In this document: piece by piece, positions 38,232 to 51,369 of the stretch
How the letters are laid out: each line of letters begins with the position of its first letter
How positions within the stretch are numbered: the first letter of the stretch is position 1
NCBI GenBank assembly: GCA_047495785.1
Contig: JBLDXI010000045.1
Span: forward strand, 124,001-188,000
Direction of reading: 5' to 3'
DNA: 64,000 nt
Origin: Lepidodermella squamata
Lineage: Eukaryota; Animalia; Gastrotricha
Notes under the pieces: model-generated
What the model saw: the letters and a program-made list of their open reading frames with translations, nothing else
What the model was told of the DNA's origin: nothing
Databases searched by the model: none
Position numbers and translations under genes: made by a program

Positions 38232-38841
38232 TTAGAAGCCTTTTTGAATGAAGAAATCGGAAATTTCTTGATGATAAATGCCATCGACCACCGCTGTCAT
38301 AGCATATTCTCGAACTTGAATGTGGATGCGTTTGGCCGTTCGTTTTTCCAGATAGCTACGCAGGTCAGCTTCGAATGCCTAAAATGGCTTGGATGTACAT
38401 TTGAAATTTTACAAAAATTAAATAAACCAACCCAAATGTCGCCTTCGATATTTTTTATCTTTGTATATTGCCGTAATCCCTTTTCCTTGGTTGGCACTTC
38501 TACGTAGACGGGAAACATGTGATTGCGAGTTCTCCGAACAGCATAAGACGTTTTTATTTCGGCTGATCGCAGAAATATTGAAAGAAAATGTACAAATAAG
38601 AATGGTTAGTGTCACCTTTCGGAGGAATCCAGCCAGATGGAGTCGGGTAGGAAGCATGGTTAGGTGGTTCTGGAACGAGCGGTTTTGGCAGCAAACGTTC
38701 AACCCACTCCCAGCGGTCATTTACGACTTCGTAGCCAGTGAATGGTGTCGTCGAATCACTGGAAGTCGCTCTTAGCTGTGATGTTAAATGAAGACGTGAG
38801 CAGACAGTTCGTGTGCTCCTTGCGAGACGCAAAAACTGCAT
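38232..38841 (-). CDS. MRPL49: Mitochondrial ribosomal protein L49 (3 exons)
   Basis: Arg/Ser-rich presequence, WEWVERLLP...YPTPSGWIPP, YAVRRTRNHMFPVY...TKIKNIEGDIW, ends FFIQKGF with stop at 38234-38232. Confidence 0.93.
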
Positions 38842-40487
38842 TATTCAAAGTCTATATAAATAGATAAAATTACTCTGGATAAATCATTCGCATCGTCTAT
38901 TAAACATTAAAAAATACTTGGCTAGTCACTGACATTGATCAAAACTAAACACACGAAAGCAGCAGCTAATAGTGATCAATACGTTCTTCAGAGGAAGAAT
39001 TTCAATCATCAGGCTGATTCAATCAAGTATTGCGCTTTTCAGGAGGCCGGCAGGTGTTGGCATTTACCAGTAAAACTTATAAATTAAACTCTCAATGTAT
39101 AGGAAAAAAGAAGAAGAAAGTATTTCTCAGGCGGTGAAGCTAATATGAGCTGACTGCCAGGCGTTCCCAAGCAATTGGCCATTGAGACCAAGGATTTGCT
39201 CTGGTCTAACAGCAAAATACACCTATCATCCTTCTCTTTGGATCAGCCCCGACGTGTGCTGTGATAAACTTGGCTTCGAAAAATGGCGAAAAGGATTGAT
39301 TCAAAAGAAACGAGCTGAGGAATGAAGATCGGCACTGAGAAGACATAGCTCACTATTTCATCATCAATCCATTTTGAAAGTAAATCTAGAATGCCCATGC
39401 TTTGATTCCCGAACTGTTTACGGCAGTAAGTAAGTAAGTATTTTCTTCAGCTGAGCGCATTCTTAGCGGAGATCAGGTCGATTTGAATTTAGATAGGGGA
39501 AGTCATCCAACGAGCGCGATACGGAATTTCAATCATAGCCCACAGATCTGCATACTTCTTGGCATGCATTCGACACAACCCATACACGCCGTGAGTTTTC
39601 AGAGCCTGACTTTTCGCGGCACATTCAAAATTTTTTGTTTTCACTTTGTTAAAATAAACCATAAGTAAAACATATTTTTCAAATATTGTTTGCGCAAATA
39701 ACAAAAGTTATTCTCTTAGCGACGCGTTAACTGTTGCTAACGAATCCTGCAGTGCTCGTGTTCTAACTCATGACGCCCTGAGTACTCCTTTTCCGTCCAT
39801 GGCGTGGTCTTGAGAGTTGACTCAGACTTGCGTTTTATAGATTTTTTGTTCCCTGTTCTTCAAGATTCATGTCTTAGATTCATCAGGACTTCAGAAGATA
39901 CCGAGCATCAGCTTCGAGCAACTATGTGTAATTAGGTTTAGGCCATATTATTATTTACTGCTCAACGCAACTGCATACCAATTTGTGTAATCACCTTCGG
40001 TCAATTTTTCCTATTCGACTATTAAATAGCATTCAAAATTGAATGTACGATATGCGCATTCTTACCTGTATGGAATAATTTCTTTAAAGGTGGCCACAAC
40101 GATTGCACAACGGTCAAATGAACTTGGATCATCCTCCTTTCATTGCGCTGTTGCTTTTCTGAGTGTTTAACATATTAATTCTTGTGATGAATAGCTGATA
40201 GCATCAGTTTCTACTTCCGACGGGCAAAACTTAGATCATTCAAACTTGAGTTGTCAATCAGTAGTCTAACTTTCCTATTAAAATCAGATCTACTACGTGG
40301 GGTAAGAAGTAGGTAGATCACAGATTATCGATACGGCTAAAGCTTAAGTACGACTTTTATGTGACTTGACTGAAAGTGAGTTATGTAAAACATATATTCA
40401 CGCTGGGTTCGAAACATTCTAAAGGGTGATGGCTAAGCCGAGCTTCCCTTATATATCTATTCAATTTTGACAAATTAGGCTATCAGA

Positions 40488-41991
40488 ATGTCTGTTACCT
40501 TTGATTCTCAAAGAAGCATTCTAAACACAAATCGGGATGCGAAATCATGGAATATCGCAGAAAATCGCTTTCGTCGGCAAGGCGTGCCGGAATTTCCCCA
40601 AGCCCCGAAATCATTGTGGACCGAAGGAACTGTCAACAGCAATCCTTTGAAGCCTAACGAAGTCAGCAGTCAAGCACGATGGCCTTATCGCGATTTCGAG
40701 GGAACAACTGATCCTACTACTGGCTACGTCAGCGCTGGTGGTGACGTTGTTCGCAAAACCGGCGTGCACAACATAGCGGATTTAGAAGATGACAGATATC
40801 TGAGAAATCCAGTGGCTCGTGATGTCCTCAGAGATCAATTCTCGAAATTTCGCAATCTTTCATCGGCACCTCAGGGTGTGGAGCGTGGTATCGACTGTTT
40901 AACAACTTGGAGCAGTAAAAAGAAGGATCCTGGGTATCTAAGAGCCGAGATTGCTGGATTTGTTACCAATGAGGAAGAGAAGCGTCGGCTACCTGATGGA
41001 GATCAAGCGGTAAGGGAGTTGTAATAATGCCTACATAATCCCTAAATTCATATTATTTTCCGGTTATAGTCCGACCCAAATTTCATGAATTTGAGGAACG
41101 CCTTGGAACACCGCTATCGTTGGACCTCTGCTCAACGAAAGTACGATAGTTTTATAAGCTAGGGACTAATGGAAAGCTATTGATAATTTTTAGAACACTC
41201 GAGCAAGTGAAATGGGATCGCATGATTCCGGAGAAGTCGTGCATGTTTCCGATAACATACGAGAGGCACGCTGACCCTGTTTCTCTGACTTTCAAAAATA
41301 ACTCATATCCCACTCCATCTACTGATTATCAAAAACTCGGAGATACTTGGGACAAGTCACAAATAAGAAAAGGATATTATGACTCGCGTCCTCACACTTT
41401 TGTCTCTGTCATGCCAAGAGCTGGTCAACTTGTCGGCTACTGCGGCGAAATCGGCACAGCTTCTGACCCGAGCGAAAAAGATGATCCATATGTAGACCTA
41501 TCGAGAGACCTGCTTACCAAGAGACGGGGAGAAATTCCAGGCCTTTCTTATTCGTCTGCGTAAGTTCAATTAGCATTATTTTCTGCCTTTCGAGTAACGA
41601 GATGTATTCATACAATAGGAGTCCTCATATTCCTGGTTATACCGGAAAGTTTCAAATCAAGCCATCTTCTGCGTCTAAAGTTCCTCTTGGAGTTCAAGAA
41701 GACATTCCCACGACTGCCGATGTTCATCGGTGAGATAGATTTTGCAGTTCGATGAGCAGCTAGCTTTACGTCGTTTATTTCAGACATATACCTCTTGACG
41801 CTGAGCGTACGGATTTCGGAAAACGGGCTCCTTTTGCATCTATGGTTACCACCGTTCCTCCTCACAATCCGTTTAAACTGATACCTGAGCGCGGCACTGA
41901 GCCATTATCGTCTAACGACGTGGACAAACTATCCGCTGATGTGATAGTCGACAAAAAACGCTACGGCCTGGAAGGCACGATGCAGCTGTAA
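40488..41991 (+). CDS. SPATA48/SPMIP7-like axonemal microtubule inner protein (multi-exon)
   Basis: Spliced frame contains DPTTGYVSAGGD, YRWTSAQR, EQVKWDRMIP, PHIPGYTG and PFASMVTTVPPHNPF; stop at 41989-41991. The gene is clear, the family call is from recollection of motifs. Confidence 0.55.
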
Positions 41992-44055
41992 GAAGAAATT
42001 CATCGGGCCAAATCAAAATTTCTCTACGCAACTTTGTACTCCACCGGAACCATAAATATATGTTGTATTTTTATCGCTGCTAATATATTTTTGTAAGGAA
42101 GTGTTATGAAATGTTGGTCGCAAAGCTGAAGTTCAAACATACAAGGTTTCGCGTATTAATACTCTGTTTGAGCTAAAATACCTACGAAGAAGCAAAAATT
42201 GAATGAAAAAGTAGCACAGCTATTCGTAGAAGAGTATTATGACGCGAACGCCCTGTAAGATGCCAATGGTTTATAAGGGAATTCATAGATGTGCTGAATA
42301 ATTGCATGAAGTCGATTAATTGATGGAATAAAAATCGAAAAATTTCTAAAATGTAATATTGTGGTGTTTCCAGGTTCCTAGCGTACCACAACCAAAAAAA
42401 TTCATATCTTGAAATTTGCTACTCACCTGAGCTGTATTCATCTCTCTGATGGCGTTTTATCTTTTTCAGGGCTACATTCTGTATTTTGAACGGTCTCTAT
42501 ATTCTATATTCGCCAGGGTTGAGGTAAAATTCAAGTCTACGGTACCCTGTCCGCAATCACCCCGCGTCACGGTAATTAATGAAATAACGAATTGGCTTGA
42601 AACAAATCGATGAGAGTGTGCTCGTCATTGTCCGCCAGGTGTTATTATTTTTATTACTAGCGTTCGAGTTTGCGATAACTGCATAAAACGTTGTCTCTCA
42701 TGTAATAAAGAATGACATCTCTCCTTTCTGATGATAAAGTGATTGAATAAATATTTAGCGCTCGACTTTCGGGAATTCGGTTTTTTCATTCGGGCATTGC
42801 CAGCTAGCCAAATACGTTCCCGCAACCACACCTGACGCCAAAACACGAACATTCTCTAAAAAAAATGAGAAAAAGTATAGACGAGACCGTCGAGTTGAAA
42901 CAAACTTACATGCCGTCACAGCAATTATTGCTTCCATACTGGCACGGCGCGCCACGTGGTGTACACACGGCTGACGTGGGCTCTGCCATGAAAGCGATCA
43001 AAATGCAAGCCAGAAGAACGGCCGCCATGATAACCCTCGATGCTCCAAGTGACATTTTAGCAAGTTATAAAGCTTACGAATGTTTTGTGAATACAGCTAC
43101 GGCTCAGGTGAAACAGGTATTTATAGCCCTGGCCACACTTGACCTCAAAAATAATACACATAGCATCTATATGACGAAAACAAAAGCATCAAAATACAAC
43201 AAAATTTACAAAAATATACCGTACTGACCGAATTAAAAGCCATGTTTGCTATTTTTTTCTCTAATGCTCGATCCAACGACGAAAAAGAGCGGCATTGATG
43301 AGAAACGTTCATTGATGAGAAACGCTCAGAAAAACTAGTCCCATGATTGAAATATTGCTACCTTATCGTTTATTTGAGACTGAAATTATTTTCGGGAAGT
43401 GCGGTAAAACTTTGTTTGCTTCAAATGTAGTAAAAAATATGTAACATCTTGGTGAATCGCGCATCATCATGACCACTTGCCGTCATTAACTCCTGGGCAC
43501 CACAAAGTTTGTGCTTCTTTCAGGCAAAACGAGAACGGCGATTCTCTTAAAATTTAAAATGTTGTACCTCACAATGCATCAAGCATTATTTTTTATTGCA
43601 TCCTTTCCGTTTTCAAAGCAAAACCGCGGCGAGGGAATCTTGAAAAAAAAATTATTTTCTTTTATTTCACTTTTTACCCTTTTATTCAGACAATAAAGAT
43701 AAAATTGACTCATTTGCATAGAGAGTGCTCACTCCCCATCAAAACCATACAACCATACAACGGTATGGGGGCCATATATATATAGGATTAAGCCATTGAC
43801 CTGGAACCTGGAGAATACAAAACTGAACTAATTTCAAAACCATCGATCGCACAAATCGCTGGCGCTAGCGCTTCGATTATTGGTTACAGGGCCGGGCTTT
43901 GGGTCATCGCTAGAGTAAGAGACGGCCGATTTTTTGATACCCAATTTACCACAAGGTAGCTATCTTAGAAGTGGTCGATAGGCGACCGAAAAGTCAACGT
44001 CCACTTTTGACCTTTGACACGTTTGAGGCAATCCACACCTGGATCTAAGGTCAAA

Positions 44056-44450
44056 TTGAACAACCTATTGAAGTTATTCATCAGGTGAAGACGATCATTT
44101 TGGCACCTGATTTAGATCTGGAACCCTCATATTTTGACCGCTGCAAATTTTCAAAATTAATTCACCCTTAAAAGGCATTTTTGACTGTTTTCAGCAGTTT
44201 TTCACTGAGTAATCATTGTTGCGTAATTATTAAAAAGAAGTTTATTAGCTTAATTTTGAACATCCAATTTTGATGACTCATCATGGTCGTTCGCACGCAC
44301 AAAATAAAGATTTTTTGCTTAAAAAGTGCTTTTTAAGGGTGAATTAATTTTGAAAATTGCAGTGGTAAAAATATGGGGGTTCCAGATCTAAATCAGGTGT
44401 CAAAATGATCGTCTCCAACTGATGAATAACTGATCAATAGGTCGTTCAGT
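44056..44450. mobile_element. Foldback/MITE-like element with about 125-bp inverted arms
   Basis: gacgatcattttggcacctgatttagatctggaaccc...ttttcaaaattaattcacccttaaaa (about 44060-44180) is mirrored at about 44325-44448. Confidence 0.8.
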
Positions 44451-44586
44451 TAGTTGAACTCGCCGAAATTTATACGCTCTATAACACCTTGATCTGTTTA
44501 TTGGCAACTCAGCCAAATGTTCAATATCGGATCAAATGATAATTTGTTCATCGAGTGTTAAAAAATCACTAGTTTTTTATCACTGC

Positions 44587-45242
44587 TTAGATATCCTTGA
44601 CTTGGGTGCGGACAGGGGCCGACCAGATCGGGTACATTTTCTGGCACTTTTGCATCTCCTCGATGGTGAGACGCGGCAGGGCAGCCTCGACGTACAGAAC
44701 GCCGTCCTTGCTGTAGTGCGACTTGACTTCGAGCTTGTTGACGTCGCCAACGTTCAAGTCACTAGGGAAGTAGTACTTGCGCTCGTACTAAAAGAAAATC
44801 AAATTAAACTGGAAATTTTCCAATCGATTTGAACTCACAGTGCGCTTGATCTCGTGCTCCTTAGCGTCCTTGATGTGGTGGGCGGCGTTGACTTCGATGT
44901 AGCGGTCCTTGGTGTACAGGCTATAAGCAACAAAATAAGTTCAATCTTTCATTTTCAGATGAAAAATTACGTGACGCGGATGTCCTCAGGCTTGTAGCCG
45001 GGAATATCGAAGCAGAGGCTCAGGTAGCGCTCGCCGTTAGCGTCGTAGCGAATCGGGTTCTGGAAGGTGTAGTACTCGACGGATGAAGTCGGGCGGCCAG
45101 GCAGTTGGACCATCGAAGTGGAGAATTCACGAGACCACGGGTAGGTGTCGGAAACTTCCTTAACAGCGGGGAAGGACGGGCGCTTGCCGTAGGCCATTGG
45201 GTTGTTGTAGGCCCAGTAAGGAATGCCAGCGGAGAACGACAT
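44587..45242 (-). CDS. Small heat-shock protein (HSP20/alpha-crystallin domain)
   Basis: Exons 45242-44971, 44920-44839, 44787-44587. LCFDIPGYKPEDIRV...IEVNAAH...YERKYYFP...VKSHYSKDGVLYVEAALP. Strong C-ending codon bias and TATAAA about 85 bp upstream on the minus strand. Confidence 0.9.
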
Positions 45243-45742
45243 GACTATTCAGATGATGCTTGTTTGAGACAAGATTTTCGAAGTTTGAGAAATTCAATGT
45301 TGAAGCTCCGGAAATTGGCTGCTTTATATGCGTTAAAATTCGCGCGCTTCAGATGGCGTGTGCTGTCTAAATCTAGTGTTATTTTGCCCAAAAACGTTTG
45401 CCAAATCCGCACGTGTCACTCGGTCGCACTCAGCGTCACAAGATATAAAAGATAAAATGTTTATCCAAGATCATTTCTTCATCCTGGTGCTGATGTCTAT
45501 ACTGATGCACTGATATCGCCGATATCTATATAATACCTATTTAAAGATTAAAGAGATTTTCCAACTTATTTCGTTCGACTAAAAAATTCGATTATTCGAT
45601 AATAAAATCAAAAAATCATTATGAGGAATAACGGTTAAAATTCGATTCTATTATAAAATCTGTGATTTTAATAATGCGAAGCTTGAATAACCGCAAAATA
45701 ATCACTTTTCAACTCCTCGTCCAGGTGAATTCTTAGGTGTGA

Positions 45743-46021
45743 CTTTTTTCATCCGACCAATGTCTTATTTCATCCGACAACCAAAAATGCGACTAAAATC
45801 ATCCGTCATGAAAATATCGATTTTCTCGATTTTCTCAAGTTCGATTTTTCTGTAGGGGCGTACCCCTTTTATGCTCCCTATTTGTCCCCTGAACCGGCGG
45901 AATTTTATGGTGAAAGATTCATGGCGATCCGAGTAGTTACTTTTTTACTGTAATTTTTTGAAAATATGAAAAAGCATGTCGGATGGTCGGATAAAAAAAG
46001 ACATTGGTCGGATGAAAAAAG
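45743..46021. mobile_element. Small MITE-like element
   Basis: ttttttcatccgaccaatgtctt at about 45743 is the reverse complement of aagacattggtcggatgaaaaaa ending at about 46020. Confidence 0.7.
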
Positions 46022-46035
46022 TTTTCCCCGCACCG

Positions 46036-46443
46036 GCTTGTCGGCTTATCAGCATTGGATACATGCCGTACCGTTCAATACCTTATCAAACATCAGGAAC
46101 TAACTCATTGCTGAGTAGTAGTAATAATGACGTCTAGCGAGTTGGCGGTATTAGTTTGATTACCGATTTTTATTGAAAAACAAGAAACAACATTCGATAT
46201 CGCGTGATTATGTCATGTTACTCCAGGAACCAGGAACCTCGTTTGGTCTCAAACGTTTTTTATGCACTCTCTCTCAATTTGAAAACTCAATTTGATGAGA
46301 TGTTGGATGTGGCAGGAACCTCCGCGTGAACCTTGGTGCTGACCTTGCGGGTTGGCATCTTTTCCCAGCCAAGCTCAGGTACCTGAAAATTCAGTTATTT
46401 AGATTCGATCCGCAGCTCTGATTGATTCCAAAGCCAGGCATTG
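46036..46443 (+). pseudogene. Truncated remnant of a fourth LU-TM-propeller paralog (3' end of CDS plus downstream sequence)
   Basis: Colinear with 49361-49808 (gcttgtcggcttatcagcattggata...aataatgacgtc...agaaacaacattcgatat...cctgaaaattcagt...ccaggcattg). GAG is changed to TAG at about 46135 and the 5' side abuts the MITE. Confidence 0.85.
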
Positions 46444-46804
46444 ACTCAACAAATTGAAAAATGGAGTACAGTGAAAATTGTATTATCCGGGCTGGTCTAA
46501 ACCGGACGACTTTCGGTGGCTCGAAAAATGGACTTAACATGTAATGTTGGTTATTGGTAGGCTCAAAGTGAATATGGCTAGATATTGATGCTAGTGATGT
46601 TTTTTTTCTTACGAACTAAAACACGCGACACCATCAGCCAGCCGTACGGCTGGCCACTGCAAAAAACTATACATCGGTTAGAAAATTCTTTCAGTAAAAA
46701 AGTAAGAAAATGAAAACAAATAAAGACGCAGAGGAGAAAAAAAAACTACCAGTGAAATTTGTTTTGCACAAAATGAAAATGTAAATGAAAAAAGGCGTAG
46801 GATG

Positions 46805-46953
46805 ATCGTTGAATAACTCGGCTTATCACTCGTCGCCTCGTAACGGCATGAGACGTAGCTATTTTTCTCGTAAACAACCCAGCTGCGGCGTCCTACGTCT
46901 CATGCGTAACGAGAGGTAGTAAACAAGGGCCCAAGTCCGAGTTATTAACCGAC
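46805..46953. repeat. About 150-bp imperfect palindrome (mini-MITE or hairpin) upstream of LU gene copy 1
   Basis: aataactcggctt pairs with aagtccgagttatt, and ctcgtaacggcatgagacgtag pairs with ctacgtctcatgcgtaacgag. Confidence 0.65.
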
Positions 46954-47115
46954 GCTAAATATAGGATACTAAGTGATCACAGAAATTTTATCGCACGTAA
47001 GAGATAAAATTCTCTTAAGGGTTATTTTCGAAGCCGTCTTTATCGATAAAAGTTAACTTTATCTCATTAAGTCGGCTTCAAAAATACATTTTTGGTAGCC
47101 ACAGGCCACATTTAA

Positions 47116-49497
47116 ATGAATAATATGATCATGCAATTTAGCAGAGACTGGTGTTGCCTAATAACGCTTTTTCTAAGCATTCATTCCGTTTTTTCCAATG
47201 AATCGTCTGCTGATTCCAAAACCCATCAACTTCACCTGGTGTCCGAGTGTTATACTTGTGCAGACTTCAACAACGGCAGTTGCCAGTCATTCGACAAGGA
47301 CTACGTAAAGCAGTGCAACGGAGACAATCATGGCTGCACTATTTCGAATGAAGTGTTTGTTAATTTTGGATAAAAGTTATGTTACAAACGGGTTTAAACT
47401 TTGAATTGTTTTTTCAGCCGCCAATTTACTAGAGGATGCGCGGATCAGGAGACTTGCCGTTCTCCAGATGTGAAATGCTGCCATCACAACAAGTGTAACA
47501 ATGAAAAGTTCTTCAACGATCACTATGCGTCCTTCACCCCGATGGCGAAACGTCACGGCCAACAAAGAACATTAGAAATTACAACGGCAGTTGCTGATCG
47601 AGTGACATCATCCACAGTTTTATCGACTGTAATGCCAGTGAACACGGAAATTCCGCGAGAAAATGCTTCATTCTTAATCTTAGGCATGCTTTTCATCGGG
47701 CAGCTTATAGCATTGCTAGAATTCGCAAGGAGATATTTTGATATATGCAGTAGTATATATCGGATATCAGTAATTCAGCTGATTTTCTGCGTTTCTGGGG
47801 TACTCTTACTACTACCCTATGCGATCTATGCGTTAAATGGCAACGAGTTTTTCATTCCATTTATTCCTCAAGTCGACAACAAATCGTTGCATACACTGCG
47901 GGTTTATATTTTCCCGGTCGTTGTCTTCCTCTATGCCGATTTCGCGATAGCAGCTATAATATCAGGGAAACAGCTCGATTTTTGGCTATTGAATTGGTTT
48001 ACGCGTAGCAAATATCATGATAGGATCATGGAAGTCGCCACTCTTGCTAATGTGGCGTTTCTTTCGTGTTTCGTAACATTCGTCCTGCTTCAAAGATACG
48101 TCTACGGTGTTCAAAGGCCTGGATTCCCCTCCGTACAGGAAACTGGCGTAAAATCAATCAAGTTGACGTTGAGCAGATTTAAAAGAAGCCGCAAGGTTCC
48201 TGTTGCCGCTTTCATGTACGATGACAATAAAATGCGTCATATTGTGATCTTACGTGATGGCTATGCTATGGTAAGTCCCGTTCTTAAATACGCAGCTTAC
48301 CTATTCCTAATCTTTTCATTTGCAATTCAGCAATTTGAAATTTCCAACAAATCCACCGGTGCAGTGAAGGCGATTGCATCTGGCTGCTTTTGCGCACATC
48401 CACAAGTCGTTGCCGCCGACAAATTTAAAGTGTATCACGCAATTTACGACAAACTTCGCAGAATTTATTTGGTGGTAATCGGCGAAATCGGCGATAGCAA
48501 ATATGGAATCTTTCACGCTAAAGCGGACGATTTGTTCAGCGCTGGTATGAATAGTCCAAAGGTCACCTTGACTGCGCTCATCACGAAGGCTAACTTTCCT
48601 CAGAATAGCCATGACAACGACCAGTCAAGCTCATTTGACCCTTCCTTTCATGGAATAGCCCTTCTCGACGGTTCGGCTCACGCCAATGACCCATCGCTTC
48701 TTTTCATATGCCATCCCTTCGATGAACAAATCAGTGTGTGGTCGATTTCAGGAGGATACAACACCAGCCCGAAAGCCGAGTTCTTACGGACCATCTCCAA
48801 AACTGAGGACAGCTGCATTCTTCGGATGATGCCGTCGACAAGATTCGAACCGTCCTACTGTTCAGTTCGATCGTGCGGCCCAAACACATTTACTCTGGCG
48901 GTGGGTTTGATGGAGTTGAATTCAATTGCTGCCATAAGAATGGCGAAAAATGTACCGGCTTCTCCGAGCAGCACGATCAATCGGAGGAGAACAAGCGGGG
49001 CCACATCTCTGAGAAATATCGAGCGACAATCATCTGGAACAACTACTTACAGACAGCAAAGTCTTGAAGAAAACAGAAATCAAGGGGATATTATTCCTCT
49101 CAATAATTTACACTCAGTCTTATTGTTACCTCAAGAAGATGTTGTAATACAACACGCGATGCTGTTCAGGCATTTCCAGATGGGAAACAGTGCCAGGAAG
49201 GAAACTCTGATCACACCTAGATCAGTTGTGTTCAACGAATGCGGAGATCTACTTGTGGCAGAGAGTTCGCGTATCTTCATTGTGCTGCAGCTATGTGAGT
49301 TGTTGAAAAGCCCGCCGCAATGCCCAACTGACACTGGAGAAACAGAAAATGTGACACCTGCTTGTCGGCTTATCAGCATTGGATATAAGTCATACCGTTT
49401 AATACCGTATCCAACATCAGGGACTACATCCTTGCTGATTAGTAATAATGACGTCGAGCGAGTTGGCGATATCATTTTGATTAACGATTGTTATTGA
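47116..49497 (+). CDS. LU(Ly6/uPAR)-domain multipass membrane protein with beta-propeller-like C-terminus, copy 1
   Basis: Exons 47116-47354, 47418-48270, 48331-49497. Signal peptide, ECYTC...C...C...GC...RGC...C...KCC-x4-CN (10 Cys), S/T stalk, about 4 hydrophobic helices, beta-rich C-terminal domain ending GDIILINDCY. Confidence 0.8.
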
Positions 49498-49967
49498 ATG
49501 ACTAGAAACAACATTCGATATGTATAATGAATATGTCATGTTCTTCCAGGCAGATTATTTAGATAATAAATGTACCTCATTTGGTCTCGAAAAGGTTTAT
49601 GCTCTCTCTCTCAAGTTGAAAAAAAACCCAGTTTGATGAGATATCGAAGTGGAACGGGACACTTTCGGGAGCAGGAAATTTCGCGACAGATAGGTTGGCA
49701 TCTCTGTCATCCACTGCCCAATATAGTCAAGCCCAGGAACCTGAAAATTCAGTGTTTTAATTGGATATGATCCGCAGCTCTCCTGATCGATTCCAAAACC
49801 AGGCATTGTCTGCAAGTTATATGACCCTTACCGAATCAACTACGCGATCACTTCGAGTAAAATTTATTGTGTGCGATAAAAAAGTCATAAAAATATATTA
49901 AATAAAGACATAATGAAGTCGCACCCATAGAAATGCTGGTCTTTGGTTCTACTCATTCTTAATCGGC

Positions 49968-51369
49968 TTAGTATTCAGGTGGATTCAAATCGCCATCATC
50001 ATCAGTGCTGCTAGCCATGTAATAGAAAACAACAATAGCTATGCACGCTATGGCAGTGAATGACAGAAATGCCAACAGATCGATCCAATCAGAAACGCTG
50101 CGGCTCAATCCAAGCAGCGAAACTTTCGTCCGAACCAGCACCTTTCGATAGCGGCACGTGGCGTAGCAAGTCATCATCATGTAGACATTGATAACGGCGC
50201 AAAGAATCGCCATGCTTGATAGGTACATAACAATATAAAGAACCTCCGAAGACCGTGGGAGTTCGTCGGTACAGGTGCTTTGAAGGACGAGAAATGCCAG
50301 GACAACAGTTATGCCGAATTCGGACCGTTCAACCTTCTGAGCCGGTAGCAACAAGGCCGAAAGTTGTAGGCCGAGTAAAAGCCAGCTAGGGACGAAAATA
50401 ACTAGAACGTAGCGCCTGGCATTTCGAGATAATTTCAGGACGAACGAAGCGACTGAAGAGGGTTCTGCTCCATAGAAGTCGAATGTGAAGTTATCAATAG
50501 CCCAAATTCGCGTGTTCTCGTAATAATTAACAATCGGAAATTCTGCGGGTCGACTATCGCGATAGAACACATAATCGACCCCGCGAATAAAAGAACTCGG
50601 CTGTAGATTTCCGAAGCAAACTTGTTTGTCGAAGGGAAACTTTTTCATTCGCATCGAACAACTTATCGGGTAAATGCCTTGCGATGACCACGTAGCCATG
50701 CCAGTTATGAGATTTACTATAATTTCCGAACCAAGGCTATAAATTAATTATGAGGCTGTAGTATTTAATTGCGTGAAAATTCGCGCTCTTACTTTTCAAT
50801 CACCGAAGTGTCTCCAACTGCATTGACTAGACTAATTCTCGGGTACCAAATATCGCTTTTGTTGAACACGCATGAGTGATCGTCCGCCGAAGAAATGTTC
50901 AGCAAAATCGCGCATTTCGGCATCTGCCACTGCAACATCCATGTCCCTTGTAGCGAAACGCTGTGATTTACCGAAAATTTCATATTTTAATTGAATTGAA
51001 ATGATTAAAAATTTACATTTCATCGATTTCTTTGATTTCAACGATTCTTTGTATTAAGAAAGAAATGAAGACAACGACCGGCTGGCCTGATGCACGCCAC
51101 GGAACTAGTTTAGGCGGTCTCAAGAACGGGCAAGTTTCGACTAAACGCTGACATTTAGCCACATTAGGTTGATCTTCGCCTGGTTTGAAGTCTGTTTTCA
51201 CGAACAGCCTGGCAACTTCATCGGAATCCGATAAATTCATCGAATTTCCATAAATATCACGGTAAAATCGGTCGTCGAATACGTTATGAAAATCAGTACC
51301 ATCGTCTGTCAGGGCTGAATCGCAAACTGCGAATAAAACAGTAATTATTGGAAGTGCTTTAATCAGCAT
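49968..51369 (-). CDS. Divergent Cys-loop ligand-gated ion channel subunit A (nAChR-like)
   Basis: Exons 51369-51017, 50960-50793, 50736-49968. Signal peptide, RPP...V-x-I-x-F, IWYPRISLVN, Cys-loop C-x13-C (CSMRMKKFPFDKQVC), four TM helices with M2 ERSEFGITVVL and ELPRSS. Confidence 0.9.

Noticed and set aside
38950-40400. Exon-like segments between MRPL49 and the SPATA48-like gene
   Set aside because: Splice-like signals are present but all frames tested close quickly; may be UTR or non-coding, so not called.
42951-42980. CCACGTGG and TGACGTGG (UPRE/E-box-like) pair
   Set aside because: Lies downstream of both flanking genes; short motifs with no supporting context.
45270-45320. Heat-shock element upstream of the small HSP
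   Set aside because: GAA/TTC units are present but not in a clean alternating nGAAn register.
47240-47505. TGF-beta/activin receptor kinase
   Set aside because: The ectodomain Cys pattern is similar, but it is followed by several TM helices and no GS box or kinase motifs.
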